Shown: positions 1-8,387 of the stretch, piece after piece
Layout: each line of letters opens with the position of its first letter
Position numbering within the stretch: the stretch's first letter is position 1
IMG/VR virus record: IMGVR_UViG_3300020045_006822
Coordinates: 1-30,887 of that record
Source of the DNA: a virus
Lineage: Duplodnaviria > Caudoviricetes
Direction: 5' to 3' (one strand)
Length of the DNA stretch: 30,887 nt
Made by a program: the position numbers and the translations under genes
The notes under the pieces: generated by a model
Databases searched by the model: none
Seen by the model: the letters and a program-made list of their open reading frames with translations, nothing else
Told to the model about the DNA's origin: nothing

Positions 1-1237
1 ATGATTTAAGAAAATCAATTACTTTCATGCTTGGTAATGACTTAATCAAGTCTATTTTATACGAATTGGTATCGTTACTATTGAAATTATTGGTATAACT
101 ACTGATTTTATCACTTAAAGGCGTGCGATATAATACCCTTGATGCGCTATATTTCCAGAATATAGGCTTTGAAACTCTAATATTTGTGTAGAATTCAAAC
201 TGATTTGACGTAAATAAGTACGCTGGAATCGATATTGGCATTGCATTGTCGCCGTTCTTTACCTCAAAATCCTGTGATAATACCATTGCACCATCAGATT
301 TGCGTACTATTTCAATAGTTGCTGTTGCAGTTGCTAAATTATCCCCTACAATCGTATCTGCTAATGATACTCTATACTGAATATAAAAGGTACTTGCGTT
401 CTTTGTAATCTTAATACTGCTGTCCGTTAGGTTTGCAACGGATGTTCCGTGTGAACTTGGCTCTTCATTAGTATATTGCTTCTTTAATATAAAACGATTA
501 TTCAATCCACCAAAATCAGATCCGTTGCACCACACAAACAACTCTTTCAAATCGTTAGTTGCTGCCAATGGAATATCTATATTTAAGGCGTACTTATTCT
601 TAATTAGATTGATTATAGATAGTGCGTCAATACTTGGTCTTAATTCTCCAATATTAATAACTTTGTCTTGCGTAGGGTTGTTCCCTGTTTCAAAAGCGAT
701 GTTGTCTATTGATGGCTCATTAGCATCATAACTCCAAACCCTATTGTTGGACCACAAAGGCACGTAATAACGAATGCCGTTAATAATAGACAATCCTTTT
801 ATTCTATTAAAAACGTTGTCTGCCCTCCAACTTATCTGATTGTTGGCTGTTGATAGGTCGGAAATATTATCTTCTCCTATACGGTCTTTTAAAGATAGAA
901 ACTCTGTACTGAATGAAAGTGTAATACTTCCTTTTTTGCTACCCTCGATTTTTAAAATCCCCTGTTGGTTTAATATTCCGTTTGTGTAGATTTTACAATA
1001 TAGTTTATTGTCGACAACGGTTTTAACGGTTTCAGTATTACCGAAGAAATCTAATGCTACTAAATTTTTAGGACTGTCTGGAACGGTAAAGTTTTGACTG
1101 AAAGGCGCAAAGACTTTTGTAATATCCTGTAAATCTTTCTTTGAATTTTTAACCGTTATACTTTCGTCTTTGAATAAATCCAATAAAGTAAACTCCAGAT
1201 TATCAATTGAAGCGTAGATTTCTGTAACTATATTCAT
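1..1237 (-). CDS. Putative tail/structural protein, runs off the left edge (not in ORF track)
   Basis: ATG at 1237 overlaps the upstream stop (TAATG); open frame MNIVTEIYASIDNLEFTLLDLFKDESITVK...FSQNFTVPDSPKN... to the window edge; tail-module context. Confidence 0.7.
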   Translation of the reverse strand, partial: MNIVTEIYASIDNLEFTLLDLFKDESITVKNSKKDLQDITKVFAPFSQNFTVPDSPKNLVALDFFGNTETVKTVVDNKLYCKIYTNGILNQQGILKIEGSKKGSITLSFSTEFLSLKDRIGEDNISDLSTANNQISWRADNVFNRIKGLSIINGIRYYVPLWSNNRVWSYDANEPSIDNIAFETGNNPTQDKVINIGELRPSIDALSIINLIKNKYALNIDIPLAATNDLKELFVWCNGSDFGGLNNRFILKKQYTNEEPSSHGTSVANLTDSSIKITKNASTFYIQYRVSLADTIVGDNLATATATIEIVRKSDGAMVLSQDFEVKNGDNAMPISIPAYLFTSNQFEFYTNIRVSKPIFWKYSASRVLYRTPLSDKISSYTNNFNSNDTNSYKIDLIKSLPSMKVIDFLKS

Positions 1238-2577
1238 TATAGGTCAAGTATTTTATTGTTTGTTTCTTCAAAGGTAATCTTATAATCTATTTTATTTTTA
1301 TTATTTACTCTATTTAATAACTCGAAATCAGTATCTTTTACAATTACCGGTATCTGCTCATGCGTTTTAAAGAATCCTAAATATTCTGAATCAATGGTTT
1401 CTGAATCAATTGTAATAGTGGTGTCGTCGATTGTAACGAATGTATTATCTATTGTGATACCAATTGTTGTATTTTCTTGATAGTCGCCTTTAAAACGAAT
1501 TAAATATACTTTTGGAGAATATACTATTTGTCTAACTACTTCGGTCATGCTCTCATTTAGTACGCCTGTTTCAATTGTATAACTCGCAAGTGAATCCAAA
1601 GATGCTACATTTTTACTATGCACGTAACTTGTATTTATCGTGCTTGGTTTACGATGTGATACATTGTTATTGGTACGTGTTATTTTTTCACTAACTACTA
1701 CTTTTGAGTTCGGAGTAAACAGTTGATACAGCCCGTCTTTGTCTAAATAAACAATCAAATAAGGATTTAAACTCTCACGTAATAATGTTGATGTTAAAGG
1801 TGTTTTTAATATAATATTGCTGCTCGTTGCGCTTGATGTTGGTTGCGTAAATTCAAAGGTCTGTTTAAAATAATCGTGTATTCTTTCGTCTTGCCACAAT
1901 GTCGGCAAGGGCGTATTGCTTTCGTTATTGTATCGATACCCTAAGGTTGCAAACGACGTTCTGAAATTGCGCCTTTCTACTGTAGTTGCATCTTCAAGGT
2001 CGGCTTGTACTTGATAGAATACGCCTTGCCCTGTAATAGCCGCCAACCCAATTTCGTTATAGGCAAAATTAGGCTCGTTATTCTTGCCAACTATAAAAGA
2101 TTTTATTTGTTTTGATATTTCAATATTGATGTAATTATCTTCAATACTTACTCTGTCTTTTTTAAATACATAATTTGGATTTACTGGAATATCCTCTTGA
2201 TTTCCTCTCCATATCCAAATGCGTAAAGTAGCTTTTAATATTCCGTTTTTTTCAAGCAATACGTGTACCGGACTGTTTACAAAAGTAATATCCTCGATAC
2301 TTTCAATAGGTGTTACAATAGATGTTATAGTCGAAGCATCAAAAACATTCGATAACGTACCGTAAGGATTTAAACGTAATCTAAATAATGTTGGTACTGT
2401 AATCAAGTAACCGCAAAAAGGCGAATCCAATCCGTCCGCTATCTCACTACTCCACGTTAAACCACCATCGATTGACTGCTCTACACTTATTGAACCTGGC
2501 AAAGGTGTTCCTGTAACCGTAAAAGCAATGCACCCTGTTGTTGAATTGTAAGAATCTATTGTTACCGATGCTGCCAT
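1237..2577 (-). CDS. Putative structural (tail) protein, 446 aa
   Basis: Long ORF coupled by TAATG overlaps; beta-rich N-terminal domain; TID repeats near the C-terminus. Confidence 0.6.
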   Translation of the reverse strand: MAASVTIDSYNSTTGCIAFTVTGTPLPGSISVEQSIDGGLTWSSEIADGLDSPFCGYLITVPTLFRLRLNPYGTLSNVFDASTITSIVTPIESIEDITFVNSPVHVLLEKNGILKATLRIWIWRGNQEDIPVNPNYVFKKDRVSIEDNYINIEISKQIKSFIVGKNNEPNFAYNEIGLAAITGQGVFYQVQADLEDATTVERRNFRTSFATLGYRYNNESNTPLPTLWQDERIHDYFKQTFEFTQPTSSATSSNIILKTPLTSTLLRESLNPYLIVYLDKDGLYQLFTPNSKVVVSEKITRTNNNVSHRKPSTINTSYVHSKNVASLDSLASYTIETGVLNESMTEVVRQIVYSPKVYLIRFKGDYQENTTIGITIDNTFVTIDDTTITIDSETIDSEYLGFFKTHEQIPVIVKDTDFELLNRVNNKNKIDYKITFEETNNKILDL

Positions 2578-2897
2578 TATCTTTTAAGTATTTGATCGTT
2601 GATATTCTTTATTATATTTTTTGTTGCTTCTGGAATCAACTCTTTTGTTTTAATCCATAATGCGTTTTTTTCTCCTGTATTCGTTCCACGAGGGTAATTA
2701 AAAGCTCCGTAGTAAAGTTGATACAGATTCAATTCAGTATCGCTATTTAATCTAAAATTAACCTCATCTTGTAATCTACCAGTATCACGTCGAAGTGTAG
2801 GACGTGCCTCTTCAATAATCAGATCGCCCACTTTTAAAAGTTCTTCTCTAATTATTTTGTCTGCTTTTATCTGTCCTTTACTCCTCCTTTTCGCCAT
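2577..2897 (-). CDS. HK97 gp10-like neck/tail-completion protein
   Basis: Basic protein with RDTGRLQDEV motif resembling the gp10 DTG-L signature. Confidence 0.5.
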   Translation of the reverse strand: MAKRRSKGQIKADKIIREELLKVGDLIIEEARPTLRRDTGRLQDEVNFRLNSDTELNLYQLYYGAFNYPRGTNTGEKNALWIKTKELIPEATKNIIKNINDQILKR

Positions 2898-3261
2898 CTT
2901 CCTTTTTGCGTTTCTTTAATATTGCAGCAATATATTTCTGCGTCATTGTTTTTGATGTTGATGCTAATGCTTTCTTTTGTGTTGTACGCCCTTGTTTTGT
3001 TTTGCCTTTCTCATAAGTTGCACCACCTAACTCGGTAAGTATTATTCTGTAAGGAACGCCATAAGGCATAAATTGACTGGCTAACTTTTCAAGTTGCGAG
3101 TTGTCACCATATTGACCCCAATACACTTGACGAAATACAACCTCGCCTTTAATGTAAGTAAAAGCAATCGAACGTTTTAGTGTACCTTGTTCAACTCTCG
3201 CAGTTGCTTTGGCTTTCGTTACTATTGATTGTGCAATTGCTCTTACTTGTGCTTCGTCCAT
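2878..3261 (-). CDS. HK97 gp10-like neck/tail-completion protein (paralog of neighbour)
   Basis: ARVEQGTLKRSI and QVYWG motifs. Confidence 0.5.
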   Translation of the reverse strand: MDEAQVRAIAQSIVTKAKATARVEQGTLKRSIAFTYIKGEVVFRQVYWGQYGDNSQLEKLASQFMPYGVPYRIILTELGGATYEKGKTKQGRTTQKKALASTSKTMTQKYIAAILKKRKKEDGEKEE

Positions 3262-3417
3262 TTAGTCAACCTTCTTAATCGATTCTAAAAAGTTTTCAAC
3301 ATCTGCGTGAGTTACTTTGTTTTTATTTAACTCACTTACTTTGTTTTTCCGTTCGTCAGATAATAAATACTGTCCGAACTTTACTAAATCTTTTTTGTTG
3401 TAATAAGTAACTGCCAT
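3262..3417 (-). CDS. Small hypothetical protein, 51 aa (not in ORF track)
   Basis: MAVTYYNKKDLVKFGQYLLSDERK...VTHADVENFLESIKKVD; stop abuts the next ATG. Confidence 0.75.
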   Translation of the reverse strand: MAVTYYNKKDLVKFGQYLLSDERKNKVSELNKNKVTHADVENFLESIKKVD

Positions 3418-3463
3418 ATTCTTAATTTTTCATGGTCCATCCCTACTCTATTAGCTTTTCGGG

Positions 3464-3916
3464 TTACGCTTTATCTTTATTATGAATACTCAAATCAAAT
3501 TCAAATTGAAAACCATCACACCCAGATGCGCCCCAATTCTTTAAAGGACGTAATGTATTGGTTAAGTTTTCAATCATTATATTTTCATCGTTATGCAAAC
3601 GTACAACATAGTTTATAAACTTCACACAAATAGCATGAGTTTCATTTATATTGTCGAGATAGTTTGTATCGGTAAGTAATTTATTATTTGTTTTCTTTGG
3701 CTGTATATCTCTTTGAGAAAGAACCGTAACTTTATACGATGCAATAATAGCATCGTCCAATACTTCCGAAGTAAGCAAATCAATATTAACAAGTGGATAA
3801 ATATTCTCTTTGTTAGCATCGATATTAATTGTAGGAACTATTGAAATAGTATTAACCAATTCCTGAGATTGGAATTGAGTTATAAGGAAATCGTTAAGTA
3901 TTTGTAATTCGTTCAT
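3464..3916 (-). CDS. Putative tail terminator/completion protein, 150 aa
   Basis: Size, YPLVNIDL motif, C-terminal beta strand GFQFEFDLSI, context. Confidence 0.5.
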   Translation of the reverse strand: MNELQILNDFLITQFQSQELVNTISIVPTINIDANKENIYPLVNIDLLTSEVLDDAIIASYKVTVLSQRDIQPKKTNNKLLTDTNYLDNINETHAICVKFINYVVRLHNDENIMIENLTNTLRPLKNWGASGCDGFQFEFDLSIHNKDKA

Positions 3917-4215
3917 TATTGCATATTTTCAACATTCTTTTTTCGTAATAAGTACTCTCCTAAGTAAAGGAACTCCGAAGTTTTCCATTTATCAAAATCT
4001 TTCATCTTTGAAAAATCCCCTTTACAAAGTAAATACATTAATTCCATAAAACCACCATAATCCTCTGCAAATTCTTTACGAGCCAACGAGCCTTGTGTGA
4101 CTACACCATTTGTAGGCGTAGGTGGCGGATTATAGAGATACTCGTAAGGTTCTTTAATCTCGTTGACTCTTTTATAAAAGACTGCATTATCTTTTGTCCT
4201 TGATATAAATTGATT
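3916..4215 (-). CDS. -1 frame extension of putative tail assembly chaperone (GT-like part)
   Basis: 99 open codons in the -1 frame overlapping the end of 4101..4559; stop overlaps the next ATG (TAATG). Confidence 0.65.
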   Translation of the reverse strand, partial: NQFISRTKDNAVFYKRVNEIKEPYEYLYNPPPTPTNGVVTQGSLARKEFAEDYGGFMELMYLLCKGDFSKMKDFDKWKTSEFLYLGEYLLRKKNVENMQ

Positions 4216-4559
4216 TTATCTACATCGACCTTACCAAACCACCATAAAGGCTTTAAAATATTACGGAATAAGTCAGCATACATTTTATTATCAGCATACG
4301 TAACATTATCGATAAAATGCTCTGTAGTATCTAATTTAGATAATCTTATAAAATAGGGTATGTATTTTGGTTTCTCAACCGTTAAGGCTAATGAAAACTC
4401 TTGCATATAAAACAATTGGTTTTCTGTTACCTCAGGATAAAAGTATTCCATTGTTTTCTGTGTAATAAAATCAACATCCTCTGTATGGTCTTTAATCTCG
4501 TTTGAGAATTCCATAAACTTCAAATACGGAATATCGTTTGTTGAGTTATATTTTGGCAT
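4101..4559 (-). CDS. Putative tail assembly chaperone (G-like part); start likely MPKYN at 4559
   Basis: ORF track 4101..4580; overlapping -1 frame continuation; tail context. Confidence 0.55.
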   Translation of the reverse strand: MPKYNSTNDIPYLKFMEFSNEIKDHTEDVDFITQKTMEYFYPEVTENQLFYMQEFSLALTVEKPKYIPYFIRLSKLDTTEHFIDNVTYADNKMYADLFRNILKPLWWFGKVDVDKINLYQGQKIMQSFIKESTRLKNLTSISIIRHLRLQMV

Positions 4560-4788
4560 TACCTTTTGTTTTGCGTTCAAATTTCAACTCCGCTTTAGGT
4601 ACATCCAAAACTTCAAAAGTTTTATTTCCGTCCTGCTGAAACATATAAACCGCTCTTAATTTACTAATATCAATCGGTTCGTTTGGGAATAGCTCTTTAA
4701 AAACTTCCTCACTTCTGATTTCGTTCTCTTTCAATGGTCTGAATTCCTTATTCAAAAAAGGAAAATAATGTATTAAATGTTCTTTCAT
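4546..4788 (-). CDS. Hypothetical protein, 80 aa
   Basis: Tightly packed after TerL. Confidence 0.7.
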   Translation of the reverse strand: MKEHLIHYFPFLNKEFRPLKENEIRSEEVFKELFPNEPIDISKLRAVYMFQQDGNKTFEVLDVPKAELKFERKTKGNAKI

Positions 4789-4789
4789 T

Positions 4790-5986
4790 TTATATTTGTT
4801 TATATTTTGAACTAAATAAATTAATAAATACTGAGTAACCAGCCGCTTCCGTTATGTGGTCGTAACCACTATCTTTATCAGGCACTCCATCTTTATAACT
4901 TTGCTTTTCAAGTGCCTCAGCTAAAGTAGGACACGCATCGTCATCAACAAATAACTGCCCTCTTTCAAATGCTAAGTTAACCGCATTTACTCTTTCGCTT
5001 ACCTTTGGATTTTTCTTTGGCGCATCAACTTGAAACAATGCTTTTTTAAGTATTCCAAAGTCAGACGAACCGCTTGTACTTCTAGCGTTTCCACTTGCGT
5101 CAGGATTAATCCTTAGTTTATGATTTGGGTAACGTGCTTTTAATTGTTCAACTAATGATTGGGTATTATAAGCGCTTGGCAATTCTGCAACGGCATACAT
5201 ACGTTTATCTCGTTTAATAAACACTACGGCGTTCATATTGGTTATGTTAAAATCCATTCCAATATAAAGAATTTCGCCAGCTATAATCTTTTCACTATGT
5301 CGATGTTCCTCTCTATGATACGAACTATAAACGCTTTCACTTGTGATATTTACAAACTCTCCGTAAAGATATGCTTTTAATTGATTGGTTGTATAAGTGT
5401 TCTTTAAATTTTCAATATATTCTTTTGGTAAAGAAGTGTTTGACTCGGTATGCGCGTGAATTATTTTCTTATGTTCATTAGCTTCTTTTTTAAAAAACTT
5501 ATACATAAACTTGAACCCCTCAGGCGTACTAACGAAATCCAATTTATTTTTTCCGTTTGGAATAACTGACCTATTACGAGCCACTATCATATCAAATGCC
5601 GTTTGCATCTTACGAATAGGTAAAACATCCGCTTCATCAATTATTGCATAGCCAGTTTCATATCCTACAATCAAACTTGGGTTATCCATTGAACGCAATA
5701 TAATTCGTCCGTATGGTGTTGTGAACTCTTTGTTTGTTTCGTGTAGCTTATACGGAATATTTCTTAAGGTTAAATACTCTGAGAAGTTCTTAAATGCAAT
5801 ATCACGAATAAGAGGGTAGGTTGGAAGATAATAAGCTACATCAATGTTTGGCATTGATAATTTCATTTCAACGGTTTTAGCTATACCTATAAACGTTTTA
5901 CCGCTACCATAACCACCAACGATAGCTGTATATGTCGCATCGCTTTGGATAAATTCCATTTGGTGGCTAAATAATTCTATTTGCAT
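4790..5986 (-). CDS. terL: Terminase large subunit
   Basis: Q motif (SHQMEF), Walker A GGYGSGKT, Walker B IIDEAD, STPEG coupling motif, GMDFN nuclease motif, C-terminal DHITEA. Confidence 0.95.
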   Translation of the reverse strand: MQIELFSHQMEFIQSDATYTAIVGGYGSGKTFIGIAKTVEMKLSMPNIDVAYYLPTYPLIRDIAFKNFSEYLTLRNIPYKLHETNKEFTTPYGRIILRSMDNPSLIVGYETGYAIIDEADVLPIRKMQTAFDMIVARNRSVIPNGKNKLDFVSTPEGFKFMYKFFKKEANEHKKIIHAHTESNTSLPKEYIENLKNTYTTNQLKAYLYGEFVNITSESVYSSYHREEHRHSEKIIAGEILYIGMDFNITNMNAVVFIKRDKRMYAVAELPSAYNTQSLVEQLKARYPNHKLRINPDASGNARSTSGSSDFGILKKALFQVDAPKKNPKVSERVNAVNLAFERGQLFVDDDACPTLAEALEKQSYKDGVPDKDSGYDHITEAAGYSVFINLFSSKYKQI

Positions 5987-6483
5987 ATAAAAGTAACTGG
6001 TTCTACTAAGATTGCTTTCTGCTTGTTATCCTTTTCATAACCGCCTAAATGTTTCATTAGTTTTTCAACTGCGTCAAGTTTCGCAATCGTTTTTACTTTC
6101 TTTACTTCTCCAATTGATTGACCGCCCATTTTAATTTCATCACTTGTTAACTCTGAAATCATTTGTCTTGCGATAAGTGGCATTTCTTTTATTTGTAGTA
6201 AGTTACCATTCTCATCGTAAAGGTCTGCTATATCAAAGCGAACCATACCTGAAAGGACGTTTACCAATTCATCAATAGAAGCCTTATTACGTTCCCAAGT
6301 TTCTTGTTGCAGTTCTTTTATCCTTAGGGTAATATTATGGTCAGAATGTAGCTTACACGCCTCTACTGCTACAGTATTGGAATTCATAGCACCTGCATCA
6401 TACGCAAGTCTGTAAGCTGTGGATTGATTACCGCATACTACATAGTTTTGACAATAAGATTCTTGCTTAGCTGTTAAGTCCAT
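5977..6483 (-). CDS. terS: Terminase small subunit (start likely ATG 6483)
   Basis: LTAKQESYCQNY..GNQSTAYRLAY HTH-type N-terminus, KLDAVEKLMKHLG, directly upstream of TerL. Confidence 0.9.
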   Translation of the reverse strand: MDLTAKQESYCQNYVVCGNQSTAYRLAYDAGAMNSNTVAVEACKLHSDHNITLRIKELQQETWERNKASIDELVNVLSGMVRFDIADLYDENGNLLQIKEMPLIARQMISELTSDEIKMGGQSIGEVKKVKTIAKLDAVEKLMKHLGGYEKDNKQKAILVEPVTFICK

Positions 6484-6488
6484 AACCA

Positions 6489-6496
6489 CAAAAATA
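6489..6496 (-). promoter_or_regulatory. Bacteroidota -7 promoter element TATTTTTG ahead of terS
   Basis: Matches TAnnTTTG, 5 nt before the ATG at 6483. Confidence 0.55.
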
Positions 6497-6501
6497 CAAA
6501 A

Positions 6502-6639
6502 TTATTTAATACCATACTCAAAAAATAATAATTCTTTTTCCAACTCCTTAACTTTCTCCCAATCTTTATCGATGTAGGCTTTGCGTAGGTCTTTTTGCTT
6601 TTGGTCGATGGTGTAGATTATTGTGTTTTTATTCGACAT
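6502..6639 (-). CDS. Small hypothetical protein, 45 aa (not in ORF track)
   Basis: MSNKNTIIYTIDQKQKDLRKAYIDKDWEKVKELEKELLFFEYGIK fills the NinG-terS gap. Confidence 0.65.
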   Translation of the reverse strand: MSNKNTIIYTIDQKQKDLRKAYIDKDWEKVKELEKELLFFEYGIK

Positions 6640-7198
6640 TGATAAATGATTTGTTTTGTTTCAATAACAATCTAACCTCTTTTAAGTTTTCAATATTCCA
6701 AACTTTCTCTTGTTGTTTGTCGAATGATGCTAACTTAACCAAATCATTATATCTTTCAATTCCTATTCTATTAGGCAAATTAAGCGCATAGTTATCAAAT
6801 GCGCCCTCTAAATGTAAATTACAACGTTTGCATTGTCCGTGTATATTATCGAGGTTGTATCGCAATGTTATAAAACTATTTGCGCTGTAATGATGTCCAG
6901 CTTGAAATTCATTATTCCATTGAGTACCGCAACTGATGCATGGCTTGTTAACGTCACGGTTTCTAATGTAAGTGTGAACTTGTGTTTTAGTATTGATTAA
7001 AGACGCTTTTAGCTGTTTACTTTCGTTTCGCTCATTCTCAGCTAAAAAAAGATTTTCTTTGTCTTTAGCGTCTTTGATTTGCTTTTTTTCTTTTACGCTA
7101 TCTGAAAATGCTTTTATACATTCATCGTCTTGTAGGCAAAACTGCTGAAAAGCATATTTTTTTTCAAATTTAGTTTTACAATGTTTACATCTAGGCAT
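6629..7198 (-). CDS. ninG: NinG/Rap-family recombination endonuclease
   Basis: N-terminal CxxC, YIRNRD.NKPCISCG, AGHH, NIHGQCKRCN. Confidence 0.9.
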   Translation of the reverse strand: MPRCKHCKTKFEKKYAFQQFCLQDDECIKAFSDSVKEKKQIKDAKDKENLFLAENERNESKQLKASLINTKTQVHTYIRNRDVNKPCISCGTQWNNEFQAGHHYSANSFITLRYNLDNIHGQCKRCNLHLEGAFDNYALNLPNRIGIERYNDLVKLASFDKQQEKVWNIENLKEVRLLLKQNKSFINVE

Positions 7199-7200
7199 AA

Positions 7201-7548
7201 TTAATATTTTACTATTCTAATTTCAATTCCTTTATTTTTAGCTAAATCTATCATTGACTTAGTTCCTTTGCTTTTACCATCCCAAAAAGCAATTAATCCA
7301 TCAGCATAATCTGCCATTTGTGAATTACGTTTATAACCAGCAGATTTACCATACTTATCCCAATCAGCTGGAAATTTAGTAATAGGGTAATTATTTTCGG
7401 TTGCATATTTTTCTCCTAATAAATCAGCACCTTTTGCCATGCCACTTACTATTTCAAAATACAAGTCTTTAGTGAAAAATTTATCACATTTTTTCTTTAG
7501 TAAATTATAATCATTAAAATATCTACTCCCAGCTATAATTATTTTCAT
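7201..7548 (-). CDS. SLOG-fold (YspA/DUF2493-like) protein
   Basis: IIIAGSR, IVSGMAKGAD, AGYKRN..M, FWDGKSKGT motifs. Confidence 0.85.
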   Translation of the reverse strand: MKIIIAGSRYFNDYNLLKKKCDKFFTKDLYFEIVSGMAKGADLLGEKYATENNYPITKFPADWDKYGKSAGYKRNSQMADYADGLIAFWDGKSKGTKSMIDLAKNKGIEIRIVKY

Positions 7549-7556
7549 ATTTTAAT

Positions 7557-7973
7557 TTAAAAGTACTGTTCAATATTAGATTCTATATCGTTGTTGTCTA
7601 AACCAAGCCATTGACAGATTACCTCTTTTACTCCATCGTAAACTTTGTTAAATTCTATTTCATCCATTGAATCAAAGCTAATTGAATGCGCTTTTTTATA
7701 AACTTCTCCTGTTATTAGATTGATTATTTCATCAAAGAAACCCGCTGTTACAATTATATCATGTCGCATTATTTCCATTGTTTTATAATCAGATTGGTTT
7801 TCGTATGCAAGTTTTAACAAAGCGAAAAATTTGCGATGAAAACGTATGTTCCTTTTTTTCTTATACTCAATCTCTACTATTTCATTAAATGGTATTTTTG
7901 AGAATGATTCACTATCTGAATCATAAGCTGGTTTTAAAAAGCCATTTATTGTTTTTACTACTAATACTTTCAT
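7557..7973 (-). CDS. DUF1367/NinB-like protein
   Basis: RNIRFHRKFFALL and SISFDSMDEIEF motifs. Confidence 0.75.
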   Translation of the reverse strand: MKVLVVKTINGFLKPAYDSDSESFSKIPFNEIVEIEYKKKRNIRFHRKFFALLKLAYENQSDYKTMEIMRHDIIVTAGFFDEIINLITGEVYKKAHSISFDSMDEIEFNKVYDGVKEVICQWLGLDNNDIESNIEQYF

Positions 7974-8239
7974 TTGTTTATTTTTGAATAGATTATACGC
8001 CCTAAATCCTTATCGGTTAACATCCAAGTTCCATAACTGATTTTACGCCCGAACTTGTTTTTAGTTTCTATTGTGATACATGGGATATCTAATCCGTAAT
8101 CTAATCTTAAATTTGACAAACGAGCAGATAAATTAAGTATTCCTGTCATAGCATAAATATACGAAAAATCTATTGATTTGCTATTTAGTAAGAAGTATAA
8201 AACTTCCGCAGTTTGGTTTTTAGGATGGTTTAAATTCAT
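7970..8239 (-). CDS. Winged helix-turn-helix protein
   Basis: GILNLSARLSNLR..G.DI pattern. Confidence 0.6.
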   Translation of the reverse strand: MNLNHPKNQTAEVLYFLLNSKSIDFSYIYAMTGILNLSARLSNLRLDYGLDIPCITIETKNKFGRKISYGTWMLTDKDLGRIIYSKINK

Positions 8240-8245
8240 AATGTT

Positions 8246-8386
8246 TTAATTTAAGTTAATAGTGAATAAATATTTTCTTTTTAAGTATTCGTTTTCAATA
8301 GCGATAAAAAAATCATAGTGTATTTTACCCGCAATAAATAGATTGCAATGGTAATCGTACATTCGTAATAATAAATCGTGTTCCAT
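8246..8386 (-). CDS. Small hypothetical protein, 46 aa (start MEHDLL)
   Basis: ATG 1 nt after the primase-helicase stop. Confidence 0.55.
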   Translation of the reverse strand: MEHDLLLRMYDYHCNLFIAGKIHYDFFIAIENEYLKRKYLFTINLN

Positions 8387-8387
8387 A

